A DNA stretch of 64,000 bases from Camelus ferus. Lineage: Eukaryota. Position numbers and translations under genes: made by a program. The first letter of the stretch is position 1; every line of letters begins with the position of its first letter. The notes beneath the pieces were generated by a model, which did no database searches, had not been told where the DNA came from, and saw nothing but the letters and a program-made list of their open reading frames with translations. Shown here piece by piece: positions 11,034 to 23,230 of this stretch. Where the stretch lies: NCBI RefSeq assembly GCF_009834535.1, contig NC_045696.1, forward strand, positions 496,001 to 560,000, read 5' to 3'.

Positions 11034-14000
11034 CCACTGGAATATCTAGTGAGGTCTTCCTCAGTTTCCAGAATGAAAGGCTGTTTCATCCTGTGTAATG
11101 TCTTTGATACTCTTACCTGTTGTCATGACCTCTTCTGACTGATGTCTGCCAACTCGTGTTTCTGTGTGTAACATTTATTTATTTATTTTTGAGTTATAGT
11201 CAGTTTACAGTGTTGTCAGTTTCTGGTGTACAGCACAATCCTTCAGTCATACATGAATATACATATATTCATTTTCAAATTCGTTTTCACTGCGAGCTAC
11301 TACAAGATACTGAATATATTTCCCTGTGCTATACAGTGTAAACTTGTTTATCTGTTTTATATATACCTGTCAGTATCTGCAAATCTTGAACTCCCAGTTT
11401 ATCCCTTCCCACCCCCCTCTCCCCCGGCAACCACAAGTCTGTATTCTATGTCTGTGAGTGTATCTGTTTTGTTTTGTTTTTTATATAAGTTCATTTGTCA
11501 TCTTATTTATTTATTTTTTTTTTAGATTCCACATATTAGCGATCTCATATGGTATTTTTCTTTTTCTTTCTGGCTTCACTTAGAATGACATTCTCCAGGG
11601 ACATCCATGTTGCTGCAAATGGCATTATGTTGTCATTTTTATGGCTGAGTAGTATTCCATTGTATAAATATACAATAACTTTTTGTCCAGTCATCTGTTG
11701 ATGGACATTTAGGTTGTTTCCATGTCTTGGCTATTGGAGATAGTGCTGCTATGAACATTGGGGTGCAGGTGTCTTTTTGAATTAGGGTTCCTTCTGGATA
11801 TATGCCCAGAAGTGGGATTGCTGGGTCATATGGTGTCTATTTTTAGTCTTTTGAGGAATCTCCATACTGTTCTCCATAATGGCTGCACTAAACTGCCTTC
11901 CTGCCAGCAGGGTAAGAGGGTTCCCTTTTCTCCACATTCTCTCCAGCATTTATCATTTGTCGACTTCTGAATGATGGTCATTCTGACTGGTGTGAGGTGA
12001 TACCTCATTGTAGTTTTATTTTGCACTTCTCTGATAATTAGTGATATTGAGCATTTTTTCATGTGCCTATTGGCCATTTGTATGTCTTCACTGGAGAATT
12101 GCTCATTTAGGTCTTCTACCCATTTTTGAATTGGGTTTGTTTTTTTCTTATTAAGTGGTATAAGCTGTTTATATATTCTGGAGATCAAGCCCTTGTCAGT
12201 CTCATCTTTTGCAAATATTTTCTCCCATTCTATAGGTTGTCTTTTTGTTTTGCTTATGGTTTCCTTTGCTGTGCAGAAGCTTGTAAAGTTTCATTAGGTC
12301 CCATTTGTTTATTCTTGCTTTTATTTCTTCTAGGAGAAAATTTTTGAGATGTATGTCAGATAATGTTTTGCCTATATTTTCCTCTAGGAGATTTATTGTA
12401 TCTTGTCTTATGTTTAAGTCTTTGATCCATTTTGAGTTTATTTTTGTGTATGGTGTGAGGGAGTATTCTAACTTCATTGATTTACATGCTGCTGTCCAGT
12501 TTTCCTAACACCATTTGCTGAAGAGACTGTCTTTATTCCATTGTATCTTCCTGCCTCCTTTGTCAAAGATGAATTGACCAGAAGTTTGTGAGTTCATTTC
12601 TGGGCTCGTGTATTCTGTTCCATTGATCAATATGTTTGTTTTTATACCAATACCATGCTGTTTTGATTACTGTAGCTCTGTAGTATTGTCTGAAGTCTGG
12701 GAGGGTTATTCCTCAAGCCTCTTTCTTCTTCCTCAGTAATGCTTTGGCAACTCTGGTCTTTTGTGGTTCCATATAAAGAAATTGTGATTTGATCTAGTTC
12801 TGTGAAATATGTCCTGGGTAATTTGATAGGGATCACATTAAATCTGTAGATTGTCTTGGGCATTTTAACAATATTGATTCTTCCAATCCAGGAGCATGGG
12901 ATATCTTTCCATTTTTTTAAGTCTTCTTTAATTTCCGTAATCTTTTGTAGTTCTGCATGTATAAGTCTTTCACTTTCTTGGTCAGAATTATTCCTAGTTA
13001 TTTTATTACTTTGGGTGCTATTTTAAAATGGATTGTTTCTTTGCTTTCTTTTCCTGTTGATTCATTGTTAGTGTATAGAAATGCAGCTGATTTTTATACA
13101 TCAATCTTGTATCCTGCTACCTTGCTGAATTTTTTTTTATTAGTTCTAGTAGTTTTTGCGTGGAGCTTTTAGGGTTTTCTATATATAATATCATATCATC
13201 TGCATATAGTGATAATTTCACCTCTTCTTTTCCAATTTAGATCCCTTTTATTTCTTTTTCTTGCCGGATTGCTGTGGCTAGGACTTCCAAGACTATGTTG
13301 AATAGAAATGGTGAGAGTGGACAACCTTGTCTTGTCCCAGATTTTAGTGGCAAGGTTTTCAGTTTTTCACTGTTGAGTACTATGCTGGCTGTAGGTTTGT
13401 CATAGATAGCTTTTATTATGTTGAGATATGTTCTCTCTATACCCACTTTGGTGAGGGTTTTTTAAATCATAAATGGGTGTTGAATTTTATCAGATGCTTT
13501 TTCTGCATCTATTGAGTTGATCATATGGTTTTTGTCCTTTCTCTTGTTGATGTGGTGTATTACATTGATAGATTTGCATGTGTTGAACCATCCCATGTTC
13601 CTGGGATGAACCCAACTTGATCATGGTGTATGATCTTTTTTATGTGCTGTTGGATTATGTTTGCTAATATTTTGTTGAGGATTTTTGCATCTGTGTTCAT
13701 CGGTGATATTGGTCTGTAATTTTCTTTTTTGGTAGTGTCTTTGTCTGATTTTGGTATCAGGGTGATGGTGGTTTCATAGAATGAGTTTCTGAGTACTCCC
13801 TCCTTTTCAGTCTTCTGGAAGAATTTGAGAAGGACTGGTATGATTTATTCTTTGTATGCTTGAAAGAATTCCCCAGTGAAGCCATTCGGTCCTGGACTTT
13901 TTGTTTGTAGGGAGGTGTTTTACTGCTAATTTGATTTCATTTCTAGTGATTGGTTTGTTCATGTGGTCAGTTTCTTCTTGATTTAGTCTTGGTGGACTGT

Positions 14001-14128
14001 ATGTTTCCAGAAACTTGTCCATTTCTTCTAGGTTATCCGTTTTGTTTTCATATAGTTGTTGATAGTATTCTCATATGATAATTTGTATTTCTGTGGTATT
14101 GGTTATAACTTCTTCATTTTCCTTTCTT

Positions 14129-14911
14129 TCTTTTTTTAAAAATAGACTATTCTTCTAGATCAGTTTCAGGTTCACAGCAGAACTGAGTTGAAAATACAGA
14201 GAGTTCACCCATAACCCTCCCTACCCACACATATGTACTGCCCTTCCCTCAATATCCCTCATCAGTGTGGCATATTTGGTACAGTTGATGAACCAACATG
14301 GGCACATTATTATCAACCAAAGTCCATAGTTTACATTAGGGTTCACTCTTGATGTTGTACATTCTATGGCTTTTGACAAATGCATAATGACATGTATCCA
14401 CTACTATAGTATCAAACAATAATTTCATTGCCCTAAAAATCCCTTGTGCCCCATCTGTTCATTCCTGCCTCCCTCCATCTCCCCAAACCCTTGGAAACCA
14501 CGATCTTTTTATTGTTTCTGTAGCTGTGCCTTTTCCAGAATGTCATTTGGCTGGAATTGTACAGTTTGTAGCCTTTCCAGACTGGCTTCTTTCATTTAGT
14601 AATATGTCTTTTAAGTTTCTTCCATGTCTTTCATGGCTTGCTAGATCTTTTTTTTTAACTGCACATATATTTTTAAATTTATATATATGTACTGTTCATT
14701 GTTTCTAAGAAACTTTAGAGCTTTAGCTTTTTAAACTTACATAGTTATCAAAGGAATAAAGCCAACCACAAAATAAGAATTAATTCAAAAAGATACACAC
14801 ACCCTATTAACAACTATTAATTATTAACTATTTATAATTGCCAAGATATGGAAGCATCCTAAGTGCACATCAATTGTTGAATAGATAATGAAGATGCAGA
14901 GTGTGTGTGTG

Positions 14912-14947
<36 letters not shown>

Positions 14948-17208
14948 TGGAATACAACTCACTCATAAAAAAGAAAGATATTTTGCCATTCGTGGCCCTT
15001 CATTCACTTTTTTTTTTCACTTCAAAAAGCAGAATTTTATAACTCACAGAGACATTTCCATTACATCAAAAACAACAAAATGTGTAGATATAAACTTAAA
15101 CAAGGAGGCTACCTATACTCCGAAAACGGAAATGACACAAAGAAATGGAAAGCTTTCTTGTGCTCTTGGATTGGAAGAATCAATACTATCAAAATGGCCA
15201 CACTACCCAAAGCAATCCACAGATCCAACACAACCCCCACCAAAATACTCACGACACTCCTTGCAGAACTAGAACGAACAATTCCAGAATTTATAAGGAA
15301 CCACAAAAGACCCCCAACAGCCAAAGCAATCTTATGTTGATCTCTTTTTTTCTCTTTCTTCTTTCTGTTCTCTTTTCTTGTGGTTTGATGACTTAGAGAA
15401 GGTCCTTCAACATTTGTTGTAAAGCTGGCTTGGTGGTGCTGAAATCTTGTAGCTTTTGTTTATCTGTGAAGCTTTTGATTTCTCCCTCAAGTCTGAAGGA
15501 GAGCCTTGCTGGACAGAGTGTTCTTGGCTGTAGGTTTCCCCCTTTCATCACTTTAAATATACCGTGCCACTCCCTTCTGGCCTGCAGAGTTTCTGCTGAA
15601 AACTCAGCTGATAACCTTGTGGGAGTTCCCTTGTATGTTGTTCGTTGCTTTTCTCTTGCTAATTTTAAATATTTTCTCCTTATCCTTAATTGTCAATTTG
15701 ATGACTGTGTGCTTTGGTGTGTTCCTCTTTGGGTTGATCCTGTGTGGAACTCTCTACGCGTCCTGGACTTGGGTGACTGTTACCTTTCCCAAGTTGGGGA
15801 ATTTTCCAGTGATTATCTCTCCAAAAATTTTCTCAGGTCCTTTCTCTCTCTCTTTTCTTCCTGGAACACCTATAATGTGAATATTAGTGTGCTTCATGTT
15901 GTCCCAGAGTTAACTTCATTTCTTTTTATTCTTTTTTCTTTTTTCTGTTCTGAAGTAGTGATTTCCACTAATCTGTCTTCTAGCTCACTGATCTGTTCTT
16001 CTGCTTCATTTAGTCTATTCTTGGTTCCTTCTGGTGTATTGTCCATTTCAGTGATTTTATTCTTCAACTCTGGGTATTCTTTTTATTTTCCAACTCTTTG
16101 CTAAAACTTTGTGCATCTATACTCCTCTTGAGTTCTCTGAACATCTTGGCCATCATTAAACTTTAAATCATTAAACTCTTTCTCAGATAAATTACCTATC
16201 TCCTGATCACTTATTTCTTCTTCTGGGATTTTATCTTGTGCCTTGGCCTGCGAGATATTCCTTTGCCACCTCATATTGTCTATCTTTCTGTGTATTTGTG
16301 GATTTCCTTCCACAGGCTTTGGGATTATTGTTTTCTTATTTCTAGTATCTGCCCCTGGTGGATGAGGCTGGACTAGAGGCTTATGCAGGTTTCCTGACAG
16401 GAGGAACCAGTGCCTGCCCACTGCTGGCTGAAGCTGGGTCCTGGGCCTCTGGTGGGTAGGGCCGTGTCTAGAGGCCTCTGTGGCTTGGGAAGTCTGCTGA
16501 TGGGTGGGGCTGTGTTCCCACCCTGTATGTTGTTTGGCCTGAGGCTTCCCTATAGGCTGTTGGATGGGGCTAGGTCTTGGTGCTGATGATCCAATCAAGA
16601 TGTCAGCCTCCAGGAAAGTTCATGTAGATTAACACTCCTGGAATGTCCACCACCAGCTTTTATGTCCCCTGAGTGAGCTGCAGCCATCCCCCACATCCCC
16701 AAGAGACCCTCCAAATCCAGCAGGCAGGCCTGGCTCAGGTTCCTATGAAATCACTGCCTCTGCCCTTCGACCCGGTGCACGTGAGTTTCTGTGTATGTTT
16801 CCCAAGCAAATGGAGTCTCCATTTCCCCCAGTCCCGTGAGGCTCCCAGAGCCAAGCCCCCCTGGCCTTCAAAACCAGATGTCCTGGGGGTCTCCTCTTCC
16901 CAATGCTGGAACCTGGGTTTGGGAGCCTGACGTGGAGCTTACAGCTCTCCTGTGGAAGGGCCTCTGCGACTTAACAAATCTTCAGCTTGTGGCTTGCCCA
17001 CCTGAGGGGTATGTGGCCCAATTATATCGCAAGCATGCCCCTCCTACCGTCCTGCTGTGGTTCCCTTTTTGTTTCCAGTTGCAAAGATGTTTTTTGCTAG
17101 GTTCCAGTCTTTTTTCGATGGTTGTTTAGCATTCAGTTGTGGTTTTGTTGTAGTCACAAGGAGAGGCAAGCTCGTCATCCTACCACTCCAGCATCTTGAC
17201 TGGAAATC
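14129..17208 (-). mobile_element. Nested composite retro-insertion (L1 5'UTR+ORF1 / antisense L1 fragments / L1MC-like 3' end) interrupting the host L1 ORF2
   Basis: Exact 14-bp direct repeat CATTTTCCTTTCTT at 14115-14128 and 17209-17222; host ORF2 resumes collinearly after it. Confidence 0.85.
14900..14946 (+). repeat. (GT)n microsatellite
   Basis: Interrupted GT dinucleotide run inside an L1 fragment. Confidence 0.9.
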
Positions 17209-20200
17209 CATTTTCCTTTCTTATTTTGTTTATTTTTGCTCTCTCTTTTCTCTTCCTTGTGGGCTTGGCCAGAGGTTTCTCAATTTTGTTTACTCTTTCA
17301 AAAAACCAGCTCTTGGTTTGATTGATTTTTTTTCTATTGTTTTTTTTATTTTCTATTTTACTTATTTCCTCCCTGATCTTTATTATTTCCTTCCTTCTGC
17401 TGACGACTTTTTTTTTTTTTTTTTTGGCTCCTCTTTTTCTAATTCTTTTAGCTGGTAGGTTAGATTGTTTATTTGAGATTGTTCTTTTTTGAGGAAAGCG
17501 TGTATCACTATAAACTTCCTTAGCACTGCCTTTGCTGCACCCCATAGACTCTGTGTGGTTGTGTTTTCATTGTCATTTGTCTCAAAGTATTTTTTAATTT
17601 CTTTGATTTCATCATTGACTCATTGGTTTCTAGTAGCATGTTGTTTAATCTCCATGCTGTCATTTTTTTCTCCTTTGTTTTTCTATACTTGATTTCTAGT
17701 TTCATGGCATTGTGGTCAGAAAAAATGAAATAATTTCTATCTTCTTAAAATTGTTGAGGCTTCTCTTGTGCCTGACTACATGATCTATCCTAGAAAATAT
17801 TCCATGTGCACTTGAAAAAAATGTATATTCTATTGTGGGAGGATGTAGTGTTATGAAAATATCAACCAAATCTAATTGTTCTATTGTATCATTTAATTTC
17901 TCTGTTGCCTTATTAATTTTCTGTCTGGAAGATCTGCCCAGCGATGTTAATGGGGTGTTAAAAGTCTCCTACAACGATTGTATTCCCATCAATTTCTCCC
18001 TTTATATCTGTTAGTATTTGCTTTATGTATTTGTTTAGCTGCTCCTATATTGGGTGCATATGTTAATGAGTGTAATATCCTCATCTTGTATTGCTACTTT
18101 AATCATTATAAAGGCCTTCTTTCTCTTTCTTTATGGCCTATATTTTAAAGTCTATTTTGTCTGAAATCAGTATTGCTACTCCTGCTTTCTTGTCATTTCC
18201 ATTTGTGTGGAATATCTTTTTCCATCATCTTACTGTAAATCTGTGTGTGTCCTTCTTCCTAAAGTGGGTTTCTTGTATGCAGCACATTGTAGGTTCTTGT
18301 TTTATTATCCAGTCTTCCACTCTATGTCTTTTGATTGGAGCATTTAGTTCATTGGCATTTACAATAACTATTGATAGATGTGTGTTAATTTTCATTTTGA
18401 ACTTGGTTTTGCAGTTGATTTGGTATTTCTTCTTTGTTCCTTTCAGTTTTCTTTTTGTGGCTTCATAATTTTCCTTTGTATTATCTTGGTTTCTTTTTAG
18501 TGCTTGTAACTGTATTGTAAGCTTTCGGTTTGTGGTTACCCTGTTTTGCACATATATTAACCCATTACTATATCTGTTTGTTTTAAACAGATAGTAATAT
18601 AAACTCAAACCCATCCTACCAAGAACAAAAAGAAAAAAGAAAAAAAGAAAAGAAAAAACTCCATTATATTTTCTTGCTCCCCTCTCCCACCCTTAATGAT
18701 TTCGATGTCCTCTTTTACAATTTCGTGTTTATTCTGTTGTAATTCATTGTAGCAATCACCTTTCCAATCATGGTTTTCTCCTTTTTGTAGCATCCTGCTT
18801 CTTTTCTGTTTAGAGTAGAACTTTCAATATTTCTTTTAGCATAGGTTTAGTGTTGCTAAATTCTTCTAGTTTTTCTTTGTGAAATTCTTTATCTCTCCTT
18901 CTATTCTAAAGGATAGCCTTGCTGGATAAAGTATCCTAGGTTGCATCTTTTTTTTCATTCAGGACTTTGAATATATCTTGCCACTCCCTTCTGGCCTGCA
19001 GTATTTGTGTAGAGAAATCACCTGAAAGCCTTATGAGGGTTCTTTTGTAATTAAGTCTTTGTTTTTCTCTTGCTGCCTTTAGAATCATTTCTTTATCCTT
19101 AACTCTGGCAATCCTGATTATAATATGTCTTGGTGTGGGTTTGTTTGGGTTCTTCTTGTTTGGGACCCTCTGTGATTCCTGTACATGGATATCTGATTCC
19201 TTCTTTAGGTTTGGGAAGTTTTCAGTCATGATTTCTTCAAATACCTTTTCAATCCCGTTTGGCTCTTTCTTATCCTTTTGGGACCCCTATTATGCCTAGG
19301 TTGGCACGCTTTATATTACCCCATAGGTCCCTTATATTGTTTTCATTGGTTTTTGTTTTCCTCTCAGCTGTTCTGATTGGGTGATTTTGTTGTCCTGTCT
19401 TCTAAGTCACTTATTTGTTCCTCTGCATTATCTAGCCTACTTTTTACAGCCTTTAGCTCAGCTCTCATCTCAGCAAATAAGTTTTCCAATTTTAATTGGC
19501 TACTCTTTATAGTTTCAATTTCCTTTTTGACATATTCTCTGTCTCTATATACAGTCTCTTTTAGTTCCTTCAGTATTTTGATCACTGCTTTTTTGAAATC
19601 ATGATCTAGTAGACTATCAAAGTCTGTTTTATTGATTATTCTTTCAGGGAATTTCTCTTGTTCTTTTAATTGGGAGTGGCTCCTCTGCTTCTTCATTTTA
19701 CTTACATCTCTCTGATACTATGGCTTATGGAGTATCAGTTATCTACTGTGGTCATTAAGGGGTTTATTTATTTATTTATCTAAAGTGGATGCAGAAATAA
19801 AACAAAAAATAAATTTAAAGAAAAAAATATTTAAAAACAATATAATCTATAACAGAAGAACAAATTGAAGAGACATAAAAATCGAGTTGAGAGCAAATTT
19901 TATAAAACTTAAAGGAGGAAAAAAACGTGAAAACAGTGTAAACAGTAACAGAAGAACAAAACAAAAATAAAGATCAAATTGAGACAAAAGAATAATAAAA
20001 ATATTTTAAAAAGAAAAATTTAAAGGGATTAAAAAATAGAAAAAAAATTTTAAAAGTAAAAATTTAAAAAGTTAAAGAAAAAAGAAAAGAAAAAAAGTGG
20101 ATGTATTCCCATGGAGATTGTTCACTCTTAATCATTTTGTTGAGGGGTCCTTCTTAAGTTTGGGTGGTTGCCAAGTCTTCCTTCCCTGCCTTTTGCCTGT

Positions 20201-21513
20201 TATCCCTTTGGTTGGGGGTGTAGCTGGTGATCTGGTAGCCAGAGCCTGCCCTGGCTATTGAACAGGGCCTCCTTTGTGTTTTGTGGTTGTTGCCGATCCT
20301 GCCTTTTCCCTGCTGTGAGAACTTCACTCACTGGTCCCAGAGGCCCTCTGGTTGTGCCCCTGGTCTGTGCTGCTCCCAGTGTTGGTAGGGAGGTGGGTCA
20401 CATCCCCCTTTGCTGAACTAGTGCATGGTAGGCAGGTGGGTTGCTCCCCCGCTCCAAGCAGCTCCCTGCACCATGTCAGGTCCGTGCTTCATAGGTGGAC
20501 TCAGAAAATGGCTGCACCAGCCCTTGCCCTTGCTCTGTGCCAGAACTCTGCTCCTTGTTCATTTGTCTTAGAGGCATGAGTTCACAGAGGCACCGGGGCA
20601 GAACATTCCTATCTGCCTGGGGCTATAAACAAATCAGTCCAGCCTATGAAGTTGCAGACCCCCCTAGGTACAGGAGCCCCTACATTCAGGTTTCAACCCT
20701 GCCTCTGCCTGGGTGGCACGCAGCAGAGGATATGGTTGCTGTAGCTGAGCTCCGCCTCTTTTCTCCCGAGAACACGCCAGTAATCGTGCCACAGGTCTGA
20801 AGAGACAAAGGCTTTAGTACCCCTCCCCTCACAAGCACACCAGCAATGTCACTTTACTTTTTTTTTCTTTCATATTTTATGAGGGACCCAGGTTGTTCTG
20901 ATCTGTATACCCTCCCAGCAATGGCACACAGCACACTGCAGTCCCCCAAGGTTGCCTCTGTACAGACTGCTGGAGTCCTCCACCAGGCTCGAGCAGTCTA
21001 TCTCCTCCCACACCTGCCAGTTCGCATCTAGGGCTGGGAGCCGTGGGGATCCTTAGTGCCCGTTTAACTTAGTTCTGTCAGTCAAGGGCTATTCTGTACA
21101 GATCCAAGCCTAGGAGATTCCCCCTCCATCCTGCTGACTCTTCATTGGAGAAGGGGAGACCCAGGGAATGAGGGCTATTCTTCCTTTGCCGCTCCCTCCC
21201 CATGGGACCAGTCCTGCACTATTTTCCTTTTTCTTCTTTTTCACTTTTGTCCTATCAGATTAGTGGCATATTTTGTCTTTTGAAGAAGGCAATGTTCTGT
21301 CAAAGTTCAGCAGGTGTTCTGATTGGATGGGTGGGTCTGTGGATGTCAGTCTTGGTGTATTGGTGGGAGAGGGTAAGGTACGAGCATCCTTCTACTCAGC
21401 CATCTTGACACTTCTCTTTTCAATTTTTAATATCTTTATCTTTTTATTCTACTGTCCTAAAATTCCTCTATTTTATCTCCCTGCTCTAGTGACTTTAAAA
21501 CTGCTGCCACATT

Positions 21514-21599
21514 ATGAATCACTATATTGTACACCTGTAACTTATATAATATTGTACACCAACTATATTTCAATTTAAAAAGTTAAATTTTTTTTTTAA
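21514..21599 (+). mobile_element. Very short L1 3'-terminal fragment
   Basis: gaatcactatattgtacacctgtaacttatataatattgtacaccaactatatttcaat; TSD aaaactg[c/a]tgcca[c/t]att at 21497 and 21600. Confidence 0.75.
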
Positions 21600-21664
21600 A
21601 AAACTGATGCCATATTTTTAATTTTTGAGTTTTTTCCCATAATGTTTCTTATTTAGAGAACCCT

Positions 21665-21880
21665 ATTCATTCATTCACTCAGTATATAATTTTGGAGTAT
21701 TCACTATGTGCCAGGCATTATTGCAAGTACTGGGGATATGGCAACAAATGAATAGAGCTTATATTCACAGAGTTTATATTTTAATGGAGCGATAGTCAGT
21801 AAACAAGATAAATATGCAAAACACTTGGCATGCTAATTGATGATAAGCAGAAAAATAAGGCAGGGAGGGAAAGAGTATGT
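21665..21880 (-). mobile_element. L2 3' end
   Basis: attcattcattcactca...actatgtgccaggcatt..tactggggata motif. Confidence 0.7.
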
Positions 21881-22779
21881 CAGATGGTTCTTGTTTCATG
21901 TGTATAACATCCAAAACATGTGAGGACGTGTTTCGCCAAAATCGTCTTCCATAACTTTCAATCGCCTCCATTTTAAAAAAATTTCCTTTTTCTCTGTTTT
22001 CTTGTCTTTCATGGTAGAGATTTTCCTCAAATGTCTGGCTCCTGTTGATGATGGGGCTCTGAAGAGCTTGCTGGATGCTCTAAGCTAACAGATACAGCCT
22101 GCCAGCTGATAGGCTTCTCTGCTTTTCTGCTGGGTCCCAGTTGCCAATGTTTGCAGGTCTTTTGGGGGAGCCATTTTCACCAGAGAAATCCTCCTCCTAT
22201 TGCCTGAAGATATATAGCTGAGTGGGAGAAGTGGGACTCCCACATGAATGTAGACTTTCACTCAACTCCCCTGCTTTCAGTGGCCCTCAGCTGTGCCTTG
22301 TGCCTGAGTTCACACCTGCTCTACTCAACTGTTGTAGGCTTCCACACAGGTAGGGGAAGGGATCTATTGTCACACTGCTTCTTATTCAAACTTTTCACCA
22401 GTTCTTCTAATTTCTGCACCTTCCTGGGGTTCACTTGCAAGAAGGGTCTCTTTTCTTAATCGCTTCATCCCTACACATGGGTTTCAGCTTTCTCTGGCTT
22501 GTTAAGTCAGTTATCAACTCCTCCTTACATTTCCAGCCTCTGTATTTTGTTGACCTCTCTTGTTTACTGGTGCTTCCACTCTCATTCTTTCACTGTGTGT
22601 TTTTATCTCTTTTATTACTTTACGTAAGTCTAGTTTAGGTGGGAAATAGAAGTCAATGCCTGTGCTCAGTCTAACATGTTTAACTGGAAATCCTCCCCAC
22701 CCTTTTTAACTGCCACTAGGATTTTCTCCTCACATCTCCTGAGATGCTCTTGTCAGTCACTAGTAAACTGTCTTTCCAC

Positions 22780-23230
22780 ATCTAGTCACCAATTCTCTGA
22801 CCTCATTTTACAATCCTTTTAAAACCTCTGCACAGATCACCTTTGTCTTCACTGGCTTCCCTGACTCCACATTCCCCTACTTTTTCTCTTCTCTCTGGCC
22901 ACTCCTTCCTCTCTAGACTGGAAATGGTTGGTGCCCCAAGGCTCATCCTGGAAATTCTTCTGTTTGGAATATTCACTCCCTAGTTGAGTTCATCCAATAC
23001 TGTTTTCAAACATCACCTGAAAACAGATGACTCTCAAATTCCTCTCTCTAGTCTTGTCCTCTCTCTCTTGAACACCAGTATACTCAACCTGTCTACTTAA
23101 ATGTTTTATGGGTATCTCTGTCTTAACATGTTCCTAATCTAAGTTGACAATTTCCTCCAAACCTCTATTTTAGTAAATATGCCCAGTTGTCCATGCCAAG
23201 AACCTCAGAGTCTTCTGTGTCCTGTTTATT
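22780..23230 (+). mobile_element. L2 fragment
   Basis: ggcttccctgactccacattccc...gatgactctcaaatt..tctctagtc L2-like motifs; boundaries approximate. Confidence 0.55.

Larger units (their letters stand above)
11172..21416 (-). mobile_element. Full-length but inactivated LINE-1 (~7.2 kb excluding nested insertion): 5'UTR, ORF1, ORF2, 3'UTR
   Basis: 5' end GAGAAGTGTCAAGATGGCTGAGTAG (YY1-type AAGATGG) at ~21416; ORF1 pieces 19364-19696 and 18936-19229; endonuclease piece 18225-18614 (NAPIKRHRV..CCIQETH); RT piece 13237-13446 ([10 protein letters not shown]); C-terminal piece 11826-12188; multiple stops and frameshifts; no clear TSD found. Confidence 0.95.

Noticed and set aside
15430..16104. 224-aa + strand ORF
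   Set aside because: Antisense reading of L1 ORF1, a common spurious ORF.
11172..21416. Potentially active L1
   Set aside because: ORF1 and ORF2 are fragmented by stops and frameshifts, and ORF2 is interrupted by a 3.1-kb insertion.
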